In this document: piece by piece, positions 58,401 to 64,000 of the stretch
Layout: every line of letters begins with the position of its first letter
Numbering within the stretch: position 1 is the first letter of the stretch
Assembly (NCBI GenBank): GCA_020137815.1
Contig: CM035360.1
Coordinates: 1 to 64,000, forward strand
Direction of reading: 5' to 3'
DNA length: 64,000 bases
DNA from: Hormiphora californensis
Lineage: Eukaryota; Animalia; Ctenophora
Made by a program: the position numbers and the translations under genes
The notes under the pieces: model-generated
What the model was told of the DNA's origin: nothing
Databases searched by the model: none
The model's input: the letters and a program-made list of their open reading frames with translations, nothing else

Positions 58401-61400
58401 AAAGAGAGAGTAATTGACGGAATGTGTCCTTTCTTTCTCTCCAATGTAGTGTGTAAGTGTTGCACATAGTGTTCCCTCTGTATTTTAGTAAGAACTGATC
58501 ATTTACACACACTTTGAATGTTCAAAATAAATAACCTGCCAGTGGGAAATAATCTGCCGCTGGACTGGCTGTTTATTGAGAGCGCGCTAGTGGGACTGGC
58601 GGGTTATTTAAGTTAGCAGGGTATATATGTACATGAACATAAACGGAACCCAGCTATACATAAACGGTAAGAAATTGCGATTCGGGGAAATTTCTCGCTT
58701 AGAAAATACGATTCGAGAAAATTTTCTCGGTAAGAAATTGCGATTCGGGGAAATTTCTCGCTTAGAAAATAGGATTCGAGAAAATTTTCTCGGTAAGAAA
58801 ATACGATTCGGGGAAATTTCTCGCTTAGAAAATACGATTCGGGAAAATTTTCTCGGTAAGAAATTGCGATTCGGGGAAATTTCTCGCTTAGAAAATACGA
58901 TTCGAGAAAATTTTCTCGGTAAGAAATTGCGATTCGGGGAAATTTCTCTCGCGATTTTGGCATGCTACATATGTAAAATATGTATATATTTTGTGCTAAA
59001 TTGCGTGAAATAGCGTGGAAGAATGTTTAAAAACAGTAAAATTTCGAACAATAATGGTAAATTACCATATAAAACAGTTTTTATTTTTTTGTATTTTTTT
59101 GTACTTTTTTGTATTTTTTTGTATTTTTTTGTATTATTTTGTTTGAGGAAAGCCCTGTTTTTTTCCGTACAAACATACAAGAAATAGGTTGGAACCCCCC
59201 CGTAACTTACGCAACTGGGGCAGTAATCTCAGTGGCCGAGAGATACACAGAACTCTCATCGTCTATAGTTCTGTCAGTCACACGGGGAGAACTAGCATTC
59301 TTCAGAGTCGCATCTGAGTTGCTATGGGCAACTGTAACCTCTCTAACGTGTTTTGCAATGTAACGGCGGTTCGAAACTCCGTACTCAAATTCTTTTGTCT
59401 GTTGTTGCTCTGATCTGTCTGTACCAAACCCCTCAAGAACATTCTTTAAAGAATTGAACTGTGTCACTAAAGTGTCGAGTAATCTGACCTAGCGGGTCTG
59501 GTTCTGAGTCCTGCATCTTGGTAACTAGTGTTATTGAAATTCGATCTCAACACACTCAAATCAGTCTCTGGGTCTGTTGGTCTGTTATTTGTATTCTGTA
59601 GACCTAGAAAATACACACAGTTTGCCTGTCAAATTGTCAAATTTAGAAAATATAAAAATTATAAAATGCGTTACAAGTTAGAAAATATAAACTGTTTGAA
59701 TTTCGCGTAACTAGAATATCCATGGGTCCCCTCCCAACCACTTTGTTCAGATTTAGAGAACACTCTCTCCTCTCTCTTTCCTGAGAACTTCACCCTCCTA
59801 TTCGAGGGAAGGGTAGATGAACGCTTCGAAAATGCTGACAATAGTGCTTTCTTTTTTTCAGACTGTTTCACTAGCAGCCCTACTTCTAGCTGGTGAAACT
59901 TCCCTCTCATCCTTTTTCCTTCGTTGACTCCTTGGTATGTAACTGGCCCCTAGTGTCATCCCTTCTCCGATGGGCAGATGGGTCATGTGATCGAGTTGAT
60001 CGGATAGAGGAAAAGAAGTTGTTTCCTGTTGAGGAGAGAACTTTGTCCCAGGGCAGGACACTACGGGGCCGTTCAGATCTAGTGGATGTCCCTCGAGCAG
60101 GAAGGGCCGGGGGTTCCACTGACCTAGGACGGGGATCAAATCTGGGTCCGGTAAACCAGGGGTCAAAGGCGCGCTGTGCGTGAAGGGTCCCATAACCAAG
60201 GGAGTAGCGGGAATATGTCAAACTCTCTGGGATCGAACAAGTAGGAATTGGGTGCTGGGATACGGGGAGGAAATGGATCGAAAGGTCTGGAACGGGGAGG
60301 AAAGGGATCAAACGATCTGGAACGGGGAGGAAAGGGATCAAAAGATTGTCGATCTGGAGATGTGTTGGAACTGTCCCTACTAAACTGTCTATCCATTGTG
60401 CGACTACGAGGGGGTGCATCATCATAGAATGGATCCCTTCTTGGCGGATTAGCAGATCTTGACCTCTCTCTAGGTGGCTCTCTGGGACTCAACAAACCAG
60501 GGTCTCTAGGTGGCTCTCTGGGACTCAACAAACCAAGGTCTCTAGGTGGCTGCCTGGGGCTCAACAAACCAAGGTCTCTAGGTGGCTCTCTGGGGCTCAA
60601 CAAACCAGGATCTCTCTGGTCTTGATAGTAGAGAGGCCTTAGGTCTCGTGGATCAGCCCTCCTGTCACGTTGATCTCTTGGATCAGCCCTCCTGTCACCT
60701 TGGTCGGGCCCAGTAGGATCAGGCCTCCCATCACGTTGGTTAGGGCCCATTGGTCTATAGTTTGGCCCAAGTCTGTCCCTAGGACCCGGACTCAGCACCC
60801 TGTCCCTAGGACCCGGACTCAGCACCCTGTCCCTAGGACCTGGACTCAGGGCCCTATCTCTAGGACCCGGACTTAGCACCCTGTCACTAGGTCCTGGAAT
60901 CAGTGCCCTGTCCCTAGGACCTGGACTCAGGGCCCTTCCTCTAGGACCTGGCATCACGTCCCTGGTTTCTGGATCTAATGGTCTTCCATTTGGCCCGATA
61001 TCTGACCAGCGCCGGCCATCTCTTGGCTCGGAGCTCATGGGAAGGCCCCTTCCATCGTCCAATCTGCCATCTGGGCTACTTTTAGGCTCGGAGCTCATTG
61101 GACTCTCAGCTGACCGGCGCTCAATGATTGGACTCAATAAGCGAGATCTAGATGGAGGAGGTGCACTTCTCCGGCCCCCATTATCATACCTTTTGTGGGA
61201 GTCTGGGTCTGGTCTGAATCTGAGATCTTGGGGTCTCTGTGGATTGGGCTGTCTGTCTCTTGGGTCATAGTACCGATCTGATCTGTCTCTCCTTCTGTCC
61301 TCCTCTCTCCTTGGTTCACCCCTTCTGTCATCATCTCTCCTTGCTTCACCCCTCCTCTCATCATCTCTTCTTGGTTCACCCATTCTGTCCTCTACTCTCC

Positions 61401-64000
61401 TACTGTCTATTTGTCTCAGTTGTGTGCCCTGTCTGTCATACCGTCTGTCTTCCCACTGTCTACGATCGTTTGATCTCTCTGACTCTCTGAAATCCCTTCT
61501 CCTTTCCTCCCTACTGCTATCTCGTCCATTTCCTACCTCTCTCAAATCATCCCTTCTGTCCTCTCTACTCCATCTGCGTTGGGGCGACCTCCTCCCACCA
61601 TCGGGCACCCTCTCCCTCTCCCTCTCGGGCACCCTCTCCCTAGACCCCTCCCTCTCGGGCACCCTCTCTCTAGACCCCTCGGGCACCCTCTCCCTAGACC
61701 TCTCGGGTACCCTCTCCCTCTCGGGCACCTTCTGTAGCTGATACCCATCCGGTCTGGGTGGTATTGCCGGGGGCTCGGGTGAGGACACTACAATATCTGG
61801 TGTAGTGTGGGGAGGTGGTGAGGAGAGAAGAGGAGGAGGAGATTTAACAACAACAGGTGGAGTCTGATCTGATCGTCTCCTTGTAGCCCTCACCCTGTCT
61901 CTCAGCGCTGCACTCTTTCCCAGTGCCTCCTTGACCCTCTCATCGTCCCATGTTGTTTGTTCGGACCTGGTAGACGTGACGTCACTACGTCGTGTTGTGA
62001 CGTCATCTGTCTTGCTCTTAGTGACGTCATAGGATTTGGTTGTGACGTCACACGATGTCAAGTCATCACGTGTTGAGTAGTAATCTGAACTGGAGGGAGA
62101 TTTAGAACTGGGAGATCTCCCCTCAGTTTCCTCAGTTATAACGTCTAGTTTGTTGTTAGTTTGTTCAGTTGGTATCTGTATCACAGTGTCAGGTTTTGTT
62201 GGTACAGTAGTAGTCGGTCTGAAATGGTTGGCAGTGTCAGTAGTAACTTACAATGTGCAGTCAAACATTTATTAGTAAATCAAACAATCCTTGGTCTTTA
62301 TCCGCAGCTTCATTTGGAATACTTAGTTTTGTACTCAGCCCAAAATTCAAACGAGCGACAAGGGTTCGGGTATAATAGACACCTTTGACCGGTTCAAACT
62401 GACGTATTATACTTTATCACGGGGGGAGGGGGTGAGGGTGGCGGTACTTACTGGTTGTTAGGGTTGTTAGGGTGGCGGTACTTACTGATTGTTAGGGTGG
62501 CAGTACTTACTGGTTGTTAGGATTATGTATAGTTCCGACGGAGTGTCGTTGAGATGCAGACTTGACACCTGACCTTGCTTCTGTAACACTTTTCCTGGGA
62601 GGTCGATGGGAGAGTGTTACTTTTACTGAGGGGGGAGGGGGGTGTAATACAGTATTTGTATGAGAGAGGTTTATTGTTACTATGCGAGAGATTAGTATTA
62701 TGATATGAAGCCGACACTATTGGAGGTAGGTGTGGCAGTAAATAGGCGACTGTTATACATACAGCTACTATATGTGTGCATTTAGACATCCTAATTGAGT
62801 AAAGATAGGAGAGAGAATGTTACCCAAAGTTACTAAAAAGATTTTGGGAGTGGATGAAGTCTATATCTTACCACACCCCTCAACAACTTGGTGAATACAT
62901 TACTGATTACGAAGAGACGTCTAAAGATAGCTTTTAGTATCACCCTATCAACTACAAACCTATCAACTACAAGTTACAACAAACCTAGAGATGGGTGTCG
63001 AGGGAGGGGTGTTACAACAAACCTTGAGATGGGTGTAGAGGGAGGGGTGTTACAACAAACCTTGAGATGGGTGTAGAGGGAGGGGTGTTACAACAAACCT
63101 TGAGATGGGTGTAGAGGGAGGGGTGTTACAACAAACCTTGAGATGGGTGTAGAGGGAGGGGTGTCCTTGACAGACAGATTCACAATCTGTTCTATGGTCC
63201 GGCTCTCCTGTTCATCTCCAATACTGGTGCCAACCCCACTAGTACTCTCTGTCATCTCCCCACTTAGAGAGGTCTGGAGGGGGAGGAGGGATAAAGATTA
63301 AAGAGGTCTGGAGGGGAGGAGGGTTAGGGGGAGAGAACTGGGGGGGGGGGACTGTGTGTTAGGGGAGGGGGTGTTCATCTCCAATACTGGTGCCAACCCC
63401 ACTAGTACTTTCAGTCATCTCCCCACTAAGAGAGGTCTGGAGGGGGAGGAGGGATAAAGATTAAAGGGGTCTGGAGGGGAGGAGGGTTAGGGGGAGAGAA
63501 CTGGGGGGGGACTGTGTGTTAGGGGAGGGGGTGTTCATCTCCAATACTGGTGCCAACCCCACTAGTACTCTCTGTCATCTCCCCACTTAGAGAGGTCTGG
63601 AGGAGGAGGAGGGATAAAGATTAAAGAGGTCTGGAGGGGAGGAGGGTTAGGGGGAGAGAACTGGGGGGGACTGTGTGTTAGGGGAGGGGGTGTTCATCTC
63701 CAATACTGGTGCCAACCCCACTAGTACTCTCTGTCATCTCCCCACTTAGAGAGGTCTGGAGGGGGAGGAGGGATAAAGATTAAAGAGGTCTGGAGGGGAG
63801 GAGGGTTAGGGGGAGAGAACTGGGGGGGACTGTGTGTTAGGGGAGGGAGGGGTCTGGAGGGGAGGAGGAGGAGGGGGTGTTAGGTAGGGATATAGGGTGT
63901 GTTAGGGGAGGGATGGGGAATGGGGAGGGGTCTGGAGGGGAGGAGGAGGGCAGTTTATCTTCTTACATTAGATTGCTTTGTAACAATTATCTGCTCTTTC
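55466..64000 (-). CDS. Large low-complexity Arg/Asp/Pro/Ser-rich protein of unknown function, 5' end beyond the window
   Basis: Phase-consistent exon chain 59603-59211, ~57474-57325, 57129-~56832, ~56084-55916, 55739-55466 (stop). Upstream lie a 673-aa ORF (62184-60163) and exons 63273-63137 and 64000-63967. Exon structure between 62.2 and 63.1 kb and at 59.6-60.3 kb is not fully resolved. Confidence 0.7.
56232..56815. repeat. 39-bp intronic minisatellite containing the palindrome GTCACCATGGTGAC
   Basis: About 15 nearly identical tandem copies of CCCGTCAACACGTCACCATGGTGACCCCATGGTGATGAT with no spacers. Confidence 0.97.
57781..59201. mobile_element. Composite non-autonomous DNA element with 8-bp TSD and G-rich TIRs
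   Basis: TSD GTAACTTA at 57773-57780 and 59202-59209. TIR GGGGGGGTTCCAACCTATTT / AAATAGGTTGGAACCCCCCC. Contains (TTTTTTGTA)n runs, a hairpin-rich segment at ~57977-58165 and a 63-bp repeat. Confidence 0.9.
58666..58950. repeat. 63-bp tandem repeat (dimer of ~31-bp subunits) inside the 57781-59201 element
   Basis: GGTAAGAAATTGCGATTCGGGGAAATTTCTCGCTTAGAAAATACGATTCGAGAAAATTTTCTC, about 4.5 copies. Confidence 0.93.
62972..63165 (-). repeat. 38-bp tandem array of an exon end plus splice donor (5 copies)
   Basis: Minus-strand unit ACACCCCTCCCTCTACACCCATCTCAAG|GTTTGTTGTA. Confidence 0.92.
63210..63875 (-). repeat. ~160-bp tandem array of a splice acceptor plus 64 nt of exon (4 copies)
   Basis: Units start at 63210, 63373, 63533 and 63692. 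Each has CCTCCCCCTCCAG|ACCTCTCTAAGTGGGGAGATGAC (or a close variant) on the minus strand. Confidence 0.92.

Overview
Eukaryotic, intron-rich animal DNA with dense (CT)n/(CA)n microsatellites and many non-autonomous DNA transposons. The style suggests a ctenophore or similar marine invertebrate, but that is inference only. I assembled seven host genes by hand using GT-AG boundaries and exon phase: (1) the 3' end of an IQ-motif protein; (2) a divergent Smad-MH2-only protein with two phase-compatible last exons; (3) an intronless CHST-type carbohydrate sulfotransferase; (4) a small protein with a KRAP/SSFA2-like motif; (5) an SLC49A4/DIRC2-like MFS transporter; (6) a secreted YHYH-domain gene nested antisense in an intron of that transporter; (7) a large low-complexity protein that runs off the right edge. 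Positions 24.6-33.4 kb hold a retroelement cluster: a truncated CR1-like 3' end, an intact RTE LINE with target-site duplication (TSD), and a near full-length CR1-like LINE. The CR1-like ORF1 (PHD plus 3 CCCH fingers) is split by a 9-bp-TSD element, and its RT motif reads FAND. The most striking unexplained pattern is that short tandem duplications repeatedly straddle exon/intron junctions in five of the six spliced genes, leaving arrays of decoy donors and acceptors. Several stretches look like low-quality consensus sequence. No rRNA, tRNA or CRISPR array was seen. All gene models are manual and lack transcript support.
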